Source of the DNA: Bacilli bacterium
GTDB lineage: Bacteria > Bacillota_I > Bacilli_A > RFN20 > CAG-826
DNA: 64,000 bases
Assembly (NCBI GenBank): GCA_024680795.1
Contig: JAILBR010000071.1
Location: forward strand, 2,541 to 66,540
Reading direction: 5' to 3'
Below the pieces are notes generated by a model that worked only from the letters and a program-made list of their open reading frames with translations, was not told the origin of the DNA and ran no database searches. Made by a program: the position numbers and the translations under genes. Positions 1 through 7,852 of the stretch are shown piece after piece; position 1 is the first letter of the stretch; every line of letters starts with the position of its first letter.

Positions 1-111
1 ATAACTATTGCTATTAGTTAACTCGCGATATTTATAGTTACTAGCCATAGAATCTTTCTTGATTCTTTCATATTGCTTTTCGCTTATCATCGCTTGCGCT
101 TCATATTCCAT
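1..111 (-). CDS. 5' part of an ORF running off the window; possibly CYTH/YjbK-like (weak)
   Basis: The reverse strand reads ATG (111..109) then MEYEAQAMISEKQYERIKKDSMASNYKYRELTNSNSY with no stop before position 1. It is divergent from nadK, as yjbK is in Bacillus. Only 37 aa are visible. Confidence 0.3.
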   Translation of the reverse strand, partial: MEYEAQAMISEKQYERIKKDSMASNYKYRELTNSNSY

Positions 112-154
112 TGACACTATATCTTTACTAACCATAATATTATTATGCTATAAT
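111..154 (+). promoter_or_regulatory. Candidate sigma-70-type promoter(s) upstream of nadK
   Basis: TTGACA at 111-116 is followed 16 nt later by CATAAT (133-138). A second extended -10, TGCTATAAT, lies at 146-154. The nadK ATG is at 176. Confidence 0.4.
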
Positions 155-175
155 CATTTTAATCGGACAACAAAT

Positions 176-943
176 ATGAAAATTGGACTTTATATTAAAG
201 AAGAGCTTAGCGAAACCGATATTGCTACTTATATCATCAGCAAGATTAACGAACATGAATTTGATTTCGATAATGATAATCCTGATTTTGTTATCTTTGT
301 CGGTGGAGATGGAACTTTCTTGCGTGCGGTTAACGAGTATTTAGATCAAATTAACGATATCTTCTTCATTGGAATCAATGAAGGCACTTTAGGCTTTTAT
401 TCCGGATATGTGATTGATGAACTTGATGAGGCGCTTACCGCTATTGAAGAAGAAAACTATGATGTGGTTTCTCATCATCTCATTGAAGGGATTGCTGCTG
501 ATCAAATCATCTATGCTGTTAATGAAATTAGAGTGGAGAATCCATTTCATACTTTAATTAGTAAAGTCTATGTTGATGATGAATATTTAGAAACTTTTAG
601 AGGTAATGGCTTAACTGTTTGTACTTCTAACGGAAGCAGTGCATATAACAAATCTTTAGGCGGAGCGGTTATATCTTATAAATTACAAACTCTTCAACTA
701 ACAGAAATTGCGCCAATTAATAATAGAGTCTATCGTTCTTTAAACTCTCCAATCGTTATTTCTAAAGAAGAAAGTTTTGTCCTTGAAGGTCATTTTAGCG
801 AGGCTGTGATTGGTTATGACTATTCCACAACCTCAATTGATACTGATTCAATAACTATCAGATTATCTGATAAAGTGGTTAATCTTGTAGAAAAATCTGG
901 ATTTAAATACGTCAAAAAAATCCATGATGCATTTGTGAAGTAA
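176..943 (+). CDS. nadK: NAD kinase
   Basis: GGDGTFL motif and NGSSAYNKSLGG motif. The start is moved to the internal ATG (MKIGLYIKE...) because the ORF-track extension runs through the promoter region. Confidence 0.9.
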   Translation: MKIGLYIKEELSETDIATYIISKINEHEFDFDNDNPDFVIFVGGDGTFLRAVNEYLDQINDIFFIGINEGTLGFYSGYVIDELDEALTAIEEENYDVVSHHLIEGIAADQIIYAVNEIRVENPFHTLISKVYVDDEYLETFRGNGLTVCTSNGSSAYNKSLGGAVISYKLQTLQLTEIAPINNRVYRSLNSPIVISKEESFVLEGHFSEAVIGYDYSTTSIDTDSITIRLSDKVVNLVEKSGFKYVKKIHDAFVK

Positions 944-944
944 T

Positions 945-1082
945 ATGATTTTAGTTAAGACTTTTAGCGACGCGCTTAATGAGTTTTTAAAAACAAATGC
1001 CTTATGGCTCGCCCTTGCGGTTGTTGGAGCAATACTTATCGCCCTAGCGTTAATCCTTATATTAAATAAAAAGAAAAAATAG
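945..1082 (+). CDS. Small 45-aa tail-anchored membrane peptide candidate (below the ORF-track size cutoff)
   Basis: ATG at 945 lies 1 nt after the nadK TAA. It translates to MILVKTFSDALNEFLKTNALWLALAVVGAILIALALILILNKKKK, with one clean hydrophobic helix and a KKKK end. A hairpin follows. Confidence 0.35.
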   Translation: MILVKTFSDALNEFLKTNALWLALAVVGAILIALALILILNKKKK

Positions 1083-1114
1083 AGTTCTTATCTTACAAGA
1101 GCTCTAATTTTTTT
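1081..1114 (+). terminator. Rho-independent terminator candidate after nadK and the small ORF
   Basis: Stem AGAGTTCTT (1081-1089) pairs with AAGAGCTCT (1097-1105) with one mismatch, followed by a T7 run at 1108-1114. It overlaps the maf stop region. Confidence 0.45.
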
Positions 1115-1656
1115 AAATCTTCAATAATATCTTCAACTGGGAAGCCAATTACATTAGATAGGCTACCTTCAATATGACTAACAATTGGATACATTTCATT
1201 ATCTTGAACGCCATACGCTCCAGCCTTATCTAAAGGGGATTTGGTTGCGACATAATCATCAATCAGTTTTTGGCTTAAAACGTTAAAATACACCGATGAA
1301 CCTACCGTATTTTGATATACTTGTCCCTTATAGAAAATGCAATATGAAGTATAAACATAATGCTTTCTTCCACTTAGTAAATTTAGGATTCTTTTCGCAT
1401 CTTTTTCATCATGTGGCTTACCGATTATTTGGCCATCGATAACCACAATTGTATCTGCGGATATGACGATATCATCTTTATGTCTATTAAGTACCGCTTG
1501 GCCTTTTCTTAAAGATATTTCTTTAACTGCCTCTTTTGGCGATAAAGATGGGTCAACCGTTTCATCGACATTAGAAACATCGATAACAAAAACTGATGAG
1601 ATTTTTTTCATCAGTTCTTTTCTTCTTGGTGATGAACTAGCTAAGACGTACCCCAT
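1093..1656 (-). CDS. maf: Maf-like nucleoside triphosphate pyrophosphatase
   Basis: N-terminal SSSPRRKELM motif and typical ~190 aa length. The start overlaps the rnj stop (TAATG). Confidence 0.85.
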   Translation of the reverse strand: MGYVLASSSPRRKELMKKISSVFVIDVSNVDETVDPSLSPKEAVKEISLRKGQAVLNRHKDDIVISADTIVVIDGQIIGKPHDEKDAKRILNLLSGRKHYVYTSYCIFYKGQVYQNTVGSSVYFNVLSQKLIDDYVATKSPLDKAGAYGVQDNEMYPIVSHIEGSLSNVIGFPVEDIIEDLKKLELL

Positions 1657-3317
1657 TAGTTTTTACTCATGATGACTGGAATAATCATTGGATGACGATG
1701 AGTCTTAGAATAGATATAATCTCCAGCGACATCTTTGATGACATTCTTTAATTCGGCAAAGTTAGTCTTGGTTTTAAGTTTCTTTTTAACAGCATCAACC
1801 ACCAAAGCCTTACATTCTCCAATTGTTTTTTCGATATCGATTTGGATAATGCCACGATTATAGATGTTTGGTTCTCCAATAATTTCATTATTTCTGCTAT
1901 CAACTGATAAAGCGATAATCATCATGCCATCATTAGTTAAAGTCTTACGGTCCGCAATAACTGATTCCGCTAAGCCATTGATATCTTTTCCATCGATATA
2001 GGAAACGCCATGTTCGACCGCATAGCCTTTTTGAATCTTGTGTTTTGCTAAAACAATGGTGTCACCATTATCCATGATGAAACTATTTTCTAGAGGAATG
2101 CCTAAAGATTCAGCGAGTTCAGCGTGAACCCTAAGCATACGATATTCACCATGCATTGGCATGAAATATTTAGGTCTAATAAGTTTTAAGATAAGTCTTA
2201 ACTCTTGTTTAGATGGGTGTCCAGAAGAGTGGATATCCGCTAAGATGGAGTTAGTGATACATTCTGCACCTAGTCTTGTTAATAAATTAACAATATGGGC
2301 AATCATGATGCCATTTCCTGGAATGGCACTACTAGAAAATACTACAGTGTCACCTGGCATAATTCTGACATCTTTATGTTCACCATTTGCAATTCTAGAT
2401 AAAGCAGCGTTTGGCTCACCTTGGCTACCAGTACATAAAATCATAATCTCATTATTCTTATAAAGTTTGATATCGGAAACTGGGACGATTGAAGCATCTG
2501 GAATTTTGATATAACCAAATCCACGAGAGATTTCGACAACTTTTTCCATGCTTCTTCCGACGATAATAATCTTACGATTATGAGCAACCGCGGATTCGCA
2601 AATTTGTTGAATACGTGAAATGTTACTAGAGAAGGTAGAAACAACAATTCTTCCTCTAGCTTCATTAAATATTTCGTTAATGGAATCAAAGACATTCTTT
2701 TCGCTTGGTGTATAGCCTTCATTTTCCGCGTTTGTGGAATCAGAAAGAAGTAAATCAACACCTTCTCTTCCTAATTGAGCGATTCTTTGTAAGTCAAAGT
2801 CTGGTCCAATTGGGGTGAGGTCGACTTTAAAGTCGCCAGTAGAAACAATTCTTCCTTCAGGAGTATCTAAAACAACACCATAGGAATCTGGGATGGAGTG
2901 TGTAACTCTAAAGAATGAGATTAAGAAATCTCCAATATTAACTTTTGTGTTTGTATCATATTCGATGATGTTAACTCTTTCGGATATATGATACTCTTCA
3001 AGCCTATTTTTAATAAGAGCACAAGCGAGTCTTGGAGCGTAGATAACTGGAATGTTGACGTGTTGAATGAGAAAAGGAATGCCACCGATATGATCTTCAT
3101 GGCCGTGTGTGATGATTAAGGCACGGATTTTGTTTTTGTTATTTTTTAAGTGGGTGAAGTCTGGAACGATGTAGTCGATACCTGGAAGTTCAACTCCTGG
3201 GAATTTGACACCGCAATCGATAATCACGATTTGCGATTCATTTTCAAAGCAGTACATATTCTTACCGACTTCGCCAAGTCCACCTAATGCATAAATAGAA
3301 ATAGGTTTAGAAATCAT
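1656..3317 (-). CDS. rnj: Ribonuclease J (metallo-beta-lactamase/beta-CASP)
   Basis: HGHEDHIGG motif, 553 aa, N-terminal IYALGGLGEVGKNMY. A GAGGGGG Shine-Dalgarno (SD) sequence lies upstream. Confidence 0.9.
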   Translation of the reverse strand: MISKPISIYALGGLGEVGKNMYCFENESQIVIIDCGVKFPGVELPGIDYIVPDFTHLKNNKNKIRALIITHGHEDHIGGIPFLIQHVNIPVIYAPRLACALIKNRLEEYHISERVNIIEYDTNTKVNIGDFLISFFRVTHSIPDSYGVVLDTPEGRIVSTGDFKVDLTPIGPDFDLQRIAQLGREGVDLLLSDSTNAENEGYTPSEKNVFDSINEIFNEARGRIVVSTFSSNISRIQQICESAVAHNRKIIIVGRSMEKVVEISRGFGYIKIPDASIVPVSDIKLYKNNEIMILCTGSQGEPNAALSRIANGEHKDVRIMPGDTVVFSSSAIPGNGIMIAHIVNLLTRLGAECITNSILADIHSSGHPSKQELRLILKLIRPKYFMPMHGEYRMLRVHAELAESLGIPLENSFIMDNGDTIVLAKHKIQKGYAVEHGVSYIDGKDINGLAESVIADRKTLTNDGMMIIALSVDSRNNEIIGEPNIYNRGIIQIDIEKTIGECKALVVDAVKKKLKTKTNFAELKNVIKDVAGDYIYSKTHRHPMIIPVIMSKN

Positions 3318-3453
3318 ACAATTCCCCCTCTCTTCTCATTACTATAAAAAAATAGGCACTTTTATATTAGCACTTCCATAAAAATTTTTATATAAAATTT
3401 ATTATGTTGAGACTTTTTTAGTTGCCTATATTTTGATTTTATTCTATATAAGT

Positions 3454-3999
3454 TTAGATTAGTTCTTCATTTATTAACTTTTTATCTGGATTTTTACTAT
3501 CGATTCTATCGTAATAGAATAATCCATTTAAGTGGTCGTATTCGTGTTGAAGAACAATCGCGTCATACCCTCTAGCAGTGATAACGATGTCTTCTTTTTG
3601 AAGAGCGTCATAGGCTTTCATGACGATTTTGAAGTGGCGGTGAACAAGACCTTCATGATTCTCGTCGACTGATAAGCAGCCTTCTCCGGATTCTAAAGCA
3701 CACTTTTTCATTGATTCTTCAATGATGACTGGATTAACGAGTTGATATTGAACGACTGTTTCTTCATCTTTTGGATAATAGATGACAAACATTCTTTTTA
3801 AAACGCCAACTTGGATAGCGGCCATTCCCACGCCAGCCTTGATATTATGCTTTTTCGCATATTCATCATCTTGTGATTTGATGAGATAATCGAGCATTTG
3901 ATCTAAAAGTGCTTTATCTTCTTTTGATAAAGGCATTTCGACTGGTTGAGATCTTTGCCTCATTATTGGATCAGAGTCTTTAACAATTTTTAACTTCAT
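3454..3999 (-). CDS. def: Peptide deformylase
   Basis: All three deformylase motifs are present: GVGMAAIQVG, EGCLSV and HEYDHL. Confidence 0.9.
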   Translation of the reverse strand: MKLKIVKDSDPIMRQRSQPVEMPLSKEDKALLDQMLDYLIKSQDDEYAKKHNIKAGVGMAAIQVGVLKRMFVIYYPKDEETVVQYQLVNPVIIEESMKKCALESGEGCLSVDENHEGLVHRHFKIVMKAYDALQKEDIVITARGYDAIVLQHEYDHLNGLFYYDRIDSKNPDKKLINEELI

Positions 4000-4079
4000 G
4001 CGTACTATTGTACATTAAGAGTTTTTGCTTTGCAAAGAAAGTGATGCGAACCAGTCAAAAAAGATATAGAATTTACTAT

Positions 4080-4430
4080 ATGGATGATAAGATTTATTTC
4101 CTTGCTAAAGAACTAAAAATCACTCTTGATAATGATGAAAGAATTATTAGATTGAATGAAATAGAAAAAAGAATGAATGATAACGAAGAAGTTATGGCGC
4201 TTTCTTATAGAAAAGATTTAGCGAGTGATAAATATAGCGACTTATTAAAAATTTATAGAGAGGATGATGAAATTGTTCTTAATGCAAGGAGAGAACTAAT
4301 CGCAAGAAAAGAAGAATTAGAAAGTCATCCTGTGGTAAAAGAGTATCTAAAAGCTTATAGTGAAGTACGTATGCTTTTATTTGAACTTAACAATATTTTG
4401 TTTAGAGATTTTAAGGGAGGAAACTGCTAA
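4080..4430 (+). CDS. YlbF/YmcA/YheA-family (UPF0342-like) helical protein
   Basis: About 116 aa and helical. It sits directly upstream of rsmD-coaD, as ylbF does in Bacillus. The start is set at ATG 4080, 7 nt after a TAGAAT box; the ORF-track start at 4008 is probably an extension. Confidence 0.5.
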   Translation: MDDKIYFLAKELKITLDNDERIIRLNEIEKRMNDNEEVMALSYRKDLASDKYSDLLKIYREDDEIVLNARRELIARKEELESHPVVKEYLKAYSEVRMLLFELNNILFRDFKGGNC

Positions 4431-4978
4431 TGCCAATGCGTGTTATCGGTGGATTTTACCGACACAGACCCCTTAAATGCCCTGAAAACGATCCTGAAAT
4501 AAGGCCAACCAAGGACAGAATCAGAGAAGCATTTTTCTCCGCAATGGGCGACTTAACAAATAAGAGTTTTTTGGATTTATATGCAGGAAGTGGATCAATG
4601 GGAATTGAAGCTATTTCTAGAGGTGCTAGCAAATCTTACTTTGTTGATAACAATTTAAAATCGGTCAAATATGTCAAAGAAAATATCTCTTATTTAGGTA
4701 TCGAAAACTATGAACTATTAGTGATGGATGATATTAAAGCCTTAGAAGATTTTAAGAATCGTGGATTAACATTTGACATTATTTATATCGATCCTCCATA
4801 CGAAAAAGGAAAGTATGAAGAAGTTATCTCTTATATATATAACAATAAATTAATAAAGAATAATGGAGTGGTAGCCTTTGAGGCAAATCGTAAAATAGAA
4901 ATAAATCCTCTTTGGGCAAACAAAATTAAAGAGTATCATTATGGTGAAATCACTGTTACAACATTAAGGAATAACTAA
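4430..4978 (+). CDS. rsmD: 16S rRNA (guanine-N2)-methyltransferase RsmD
   Basis: RPTKDRIREAFFSAMG and IDPPY motifs. Conserved position upstream of coaD. Confidence 0.85.
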   Translation: MPMRVIGGFYRHRPLKCPENDPEIRPTKDRIREAFFSAMGDLTNKSFLDLYAGSGSMGIEAISRGASKSYFVDNNLKSVKYVKENISYLGIENYELLVMDDIKALEDFKNRGLTFDIIYIDPPYEKGKYEEVISYIYNNKLIKNNGVVAFEANRKIEINPLWANKIKEYHYGEITVTTLRNN

Positions 4979-4980
4979 TT

Positions 4981-5442
4981 ATGAAAATTGCAATTTATCC
5001 AGGAAGCTTTGATCCGATCACAAATGGGCATCTCGACATCTTACAAAGAGCGACAAAAATCTTTGATAAGGTTATCGTGCTTGTCGCGATTAATAGTAGT
5101 AAAAATCATCGTTTTACTGTGGAAGAAAGAGTGCAAATGATTAAAGAAGCAACTGCTGATATTCCTAATGTCGAAGTTGATTCATCAGAAGGACTGACAG
5201 TTAAATATGCAAAAGAACATGGCGCTGGTACATTAATTAGAGGACTTCGCGCTGTTAGTGATTTCGAATATGAATTTAGATTAGCTAGCGCAAATGAATT
5301 TGCGGATGCATCTATCGATATGGTCTTCTTTATGGCTAGAGGCGATAAAACATTTATTTCTTCTAGTGCGATTATCGAACTCTATAATAATGGAGTAGAT
5401 ATTTCTGCTCTAGTCCCTGAAAGTGTCATTAAGAGATTATAG
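4981..5442 (+). CDS. coaD: Phosphopantetheine adenylyltransferase
   Basis: N-terminal YPGSFDPITNGHLDI motif; 153 aa. Confidence 0.92.
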   Translation: MKIAIYPGSFDPITNGHLDILQRATKIFDKVIVLVAINSSKNHRFTVEERVQMIKEATADIPNVEVDSSEGLTVKYAKEHGAGTLIRGLRAVSDFEYEFRLASANEFADASIDMVFFMARGDKTFISSSAIIELYNNGVDISALVPESVIKRL

Positions 5443-5455
5443 TTTCTTATATATA

Positions 5456-5484
5456 AGAAAAAAGCACCACAAGGTGCTTTTTTG
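5456..5484. terminator. Bidirectional rho-independent terminator between convergent coaD and the 5497-6351 gene
   Basis: AGCACC (5463-5468) pairs with GGTGCT (5473-5478), flanked by an A-run upstream and a T-run downstream. Confidence 0.7.
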
Positions 5485-5496
5485 AACTTTCTTTAA

Positions 5497-6351
5497 TTAG
5501 TCTTTTTTGTACTCTTTGCTGAAGAGTTTGTCGTAATTCCAACAATCCGCTAAGAACTTACCTTTATATAAAGCAGTTATATCATAATCAGCAGTTGATA
5601 AGTAGTCAACATAGTTGAAGAAGATTGCGGTAACACCATGGACATTAACTTCGCAGTCCTTTGCTGCGTCTGTTAAGTCAATCATTAAGATTGTTGGAGT
5701 TTCAAGGCCTTGACCATTGTCATCAATAGCGTTTTGTAATTTATTGATAGAATCAATTAATGTTGTTCTTTGAGAATCAGATAAATTATTGGCTAAAGCA
5801 TATTGATCAGTAACTTCTGCAAATTCACCAACGATATCATCGAATAAGTTTTGGTGATTTTCAAAAGCATATTTTGCTAAATATTTGCCATCATCGTTTG
5901 TTGCATCGACCATGACGGAATAGTGTTTGAAACTTGGTTGGTTAACATTTGCTAAAGAGCTGAAGTTGCTTTCAAAATTTCTGAAACCTGCAACGCATTC
6001 TTTACAATATGAACAATCTTCTGTAACGAAAGAAAGGAAGAATTTAGAACCAAAATCTTTTTCGATTGTTGCTTTATCGTTGCTTTCTAAAGCGGTAAGA
6101 AGTTTATCAAACTTACTGCTTCCTGTTTCTGCTCCAGTTAAATCGATTGCTCTGTCTTTGTAGTATTCAATATCTTCATCGGTTGCATTTGCACTTTGTA
6201 ATCCTTCAATACCTTGTTTGATGTAAGGGATTGAGAAGATGACTGCGAAGATGCCACCAACGATTAATAATGGTTGAACCCAAGCAGTGTTAGCAATCCA
6301 ACGTCCAATCTTAACGAAGAATCCGCCAATAGCATTTAGTACTTTTTTCAT
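5497..6351 (-). CDS. Membrane-anchored thioredoxin-fold-like protein with a CxxC motif
   Basis: N-terminal TM helix (WVQPLLIVGGIFAVIFSIPYI). FFLSFVTEDCSYCKEC supplies the CxxC after a beta-strand-like segment. A later ETPTILMIDL resembles a cis-Pro loop. Confidence 0.45.
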   Translation of the reverse strand: MKKVLNAIGGFFVKIGRWIANTAWVQPLLIVGGIFAVIFSIPYIKQGIEGLQSANATDEDIEYYKDRAIDLTGAETGSSKFDKLLTALESNDKATIEKDFGSKFFLSFVTEDCSYCKECVAGFRNFESNFSSLANVNQPSFKHYSVMVDATNDDGKYLAKYAFENHQNLFDDIVGEFAEVTDQYALANNLSDSQRTTLIDSINKLQNAIDDNGQGLETPTILMIDLTDAAKDCEVNVHGVTAIFFNYVDYLSTADYDITALYKGKFLADCWNYDKLFSKEYKKD

Positions 6352-6483
6352 ATGGTTTTAGCCTCCTATATTTACATATAGCGTGTAAATCTTATCACTT
6401 ATCAGTGTTATTTTCAATAAAATAATAAAAATTGTTAATTTGTGGTTAATTTCTATGAAATTAAAAATAAAAAAATGTTTCTA

Positions 6484-6512
6484 TTGCACTTTCTTATTGG
6501 TATTTCTATAAT
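6484..6512 (+). promoter_or_regulatory. Candidate promoter of the YitT-family gene
   Basis: TTGCAC (6484-6489), a 17-nt spacer, then TATAAT (6507-6512). ATG at 6530 has no SD. Confidence 0.5.
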
Positions 6513-6529
6513 CATTGTGTATCGCATTT

Positions 6530-7552
6530 ATGAATAAAAGAGAACGTTTTAGAAAAAAGATGCTTGATTACAAATACGATCATGCACAATTAATTGCAGT
6601 GCTTGATACGACTAAATCAGCCATCTACTCAATTCTAGCTGCTGCATTATATGCTTTTAGCTTTTATTGTTTTATCACGCCTGCTGTTGTCGATCATATA
6701 ACTACTAATGGTTCATCAATCATTACTGGAGGTGTTGGTGGTATTTCCCAAGTTATTACTCTTATAATTGAACTATGTGGAGGACAACCTGATCCATATA
6801 CAATGCAATCTATTTTATATTTTGCATTGAATGTTCCAATTTTAATCTTTGCTTTCTTTAAAGTTGGCAAAAGGTTTGCAATTATCACTTTAATAAATGT
6901 TGCTTTGTCTTCATTATTCATTCAAGTTTTTGCAAGGTTTGAACCAATTTCTAGCATCACTAGTAAAGTAGCTGAAGCAATTAATTCCGAACATTTAGCG
7001 CGTGTTTTATTTGCTGGTGTATGTGTTGGATGTGGATCTGCGCTTGCTTATAAGGGTGATACATCGTGCGGTGGTGTTGATGTTTTCTCATATTATTTTG
7101 CGTTAAGAAAATCAACAAGCGTTGGCAAATATTCTGCAATATTGAACAGCTTTATTATTATTACTTATACTATTCTCACTATTATTTATAACCAAGGCAA
7201 TCAAATGAATGTTGCTTTGCTGAACTTCCTATATTCAATTGTTTACTTGTTTGTGGTTATGCTTGTTGTTGACTTTATCAATACAAGAAATAAAAAAGTT
7301 CAACTGCAAATTATTACGAGTGTTGACAGCATGTCCTCGATTCTAATTGCAAACTTTCCTCACTCAACAACAATTGTGGACGCAAAAGGTGGATATACCC
7401 ACCAAGAAAAGCAGGTTATTTACATGGTTATTTCTTCAAACGAAGTAAAAAAAGTTGTTGCATTAGTAAAACGTGTAGATTACCACTCATTCGTTACTGT
7501 TACCGCACTTGTTCAGGCTTATGGAAACTTCTTTGTAAAGCCTGTAGAATAG
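6530..7552 (+). CDS. YitT-family integral membrane protein (DUF2179-type C-terminal domain)
   Basis: Polytopic N-terminal half with a GGVGGISQ motif and a soluble C-terminal ~80 aa domain. The ORF-track TTG at 6515 lies immediately downstream of the -10 box (6507-6512), so ATG 6530 is preferred. Confidence 0.7.
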   Translation: MNKRERFRKKMLDYKYDHAQLIAVLDTTKSAIYSILAAALYAFSFYCFITPAVVDHITTNGSSIITGGVGGISQVITLIIELCGGQPDPYTMQSILYFALNVPILIFAFFKVGKRFAIITLINVALSSLFIQVFARFEPISSITSKVAEAINSEHLARVLFAGVCVGCGSALAYKGDTSCGGVDVFSYYFALRKSTSVGKYSAILNSFIIITYTILTIIYNQGNQMNVALLNFLYSIVYLFVVMLVVDFINTRNKKVQLQIITSVDSMSSILIANFPHSTTIVDAKGGYTHQEKQVIYMVISSNEVKKVVALVKRVDYHSFVTVTALVQAYGNFFVKPVE

Positions 7553-7575
7553 AATAAAAGTAGGATAAAATAACT

Positions 7576-7598
7576 AGAGCAGAAAATGCTCTTTTTAT
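7576..7598 (+). terminator. Rho-independent terminator after the YitT-family gene
   Basis: AGAGCA (7576-7581) pairs with TGCTCT (7587-7592), followed by TTTTTATTT. Confidence 0.65.
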
Positions 7599-7602
7599 TT
7601 AC

Positions 7603-7628
7603 AAAAAAACACGTATTTCTTCTACGTG
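7603..7628 (-). terminator. Rho-independent terminator after tRNA-Ser(CGA)
   Basis: On the minus strand: CACGTA, a 7-nt loop, TACGTG, then a T7 run (the plus-strand A-run at 7603-7609). Confidence 0.6.
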
Positions 7629-7642
7629 CAATTTCTCATTTT

Positions 7643-7734
7643 TGGCGGAGAATCAGGGATTTGAACCCTGGCAGGGCTTGCACCCTCTAGCAGTTTTCGA
7701 AACTGCCCCCTTCAGCCGCTTGGGTAATTCTCCA
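7643..7734 (-). tRNA. tRNA-Ser (anticodon CGA), CCA encoded
   Basis: The reverse complement folds by hand. Acceptor GGAGAAT/ATTCTCC, anticodon stem GCAGT/ACTGC with loop TTCGAAA, a long variable arm, T-arm CAGGG-TTCAAAT-CCCTG, discriminator G, then CCA. Confidence 0.9.
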
Positions 7735-7743
7735 GCAAGAAGA

Positions 7744-7751
7744 ATTATACA
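7744..7751 (-). promoter_or_regulatory. Extended -10 box (TGTATAAT) for tRNA-Ser(CGA)
   Basis: On the minus strand, TGTATAAT ends about 10 nt before the mature tRNA 5' end. Confidence 0.45.
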
Positions 7752-7852
7752 CGAAATAAAAATTTACTTCTATATCTTTCTATTTGTTGAAAATTAACGA
7801 TATATAAAGTATTATTTTCTAATAGAAATATTCTATAGAAAGGGGGGCTATT

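Noticed and set aside
59-175. N-terminal extensions in the ORF track for nadK (59), the ylbF-like gene (4008), the YitT-family gene (6515), trxA (19159), the nucleoside kinase (33107), rsgA (51661), the 54171 gene (54683), glgD (55910) and glgA (57009).
   Set aside because: The extensions run through promoter elements or the preceding gene, and they add residues unlike the family N-termini. Internal ATGs are preceded by an SD or placed right after the upstream stop, and they give canonical N-termini (MKIGLYI, MIKHIEDL, MSFTILF, MEGIIVA, MAKIIGI, MKLVMVGSE).
3318-3453. The 136-nt region upstream of rnj contains the direct repeat GCACTT...GCACTT, which could be a structured autoregulatory leader or small RNA.
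   Set aside because: No convincing stem-loops or conserved riboswitch cores could be drawn by hand. The region is AT-rich with only short repeats. I cannot distinguish it from an ordinary promoter plus 5' UTR without covariance or transcript data.
6352-6529. The 178-bp divergent intergenic region contains the TTTACA-N7-TGTAAA inverted repeat (about 6381-6399) and a TTAAT...TTAAT repeat.
   Set aside because: These are short AT-rich symmetries that occur by chance at this composition. No second copy was seen elsewhere in the window. They were kept out of the findings for lack of supporting context.
7553-7852. tRNA-Ser, tRNA-Ser and tRNA-Gly loci (7643-7734, 13164-13254, 18718-18791) were checked as possible integration hot spots for islands or prophages.
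   Set aside because: There is no integrase, no direct repeat of a tRNA 3' end, and no compositional shift in the flanks. Each tRNA has its own -10 box and terminator and is surrounded by housekeeping genes.
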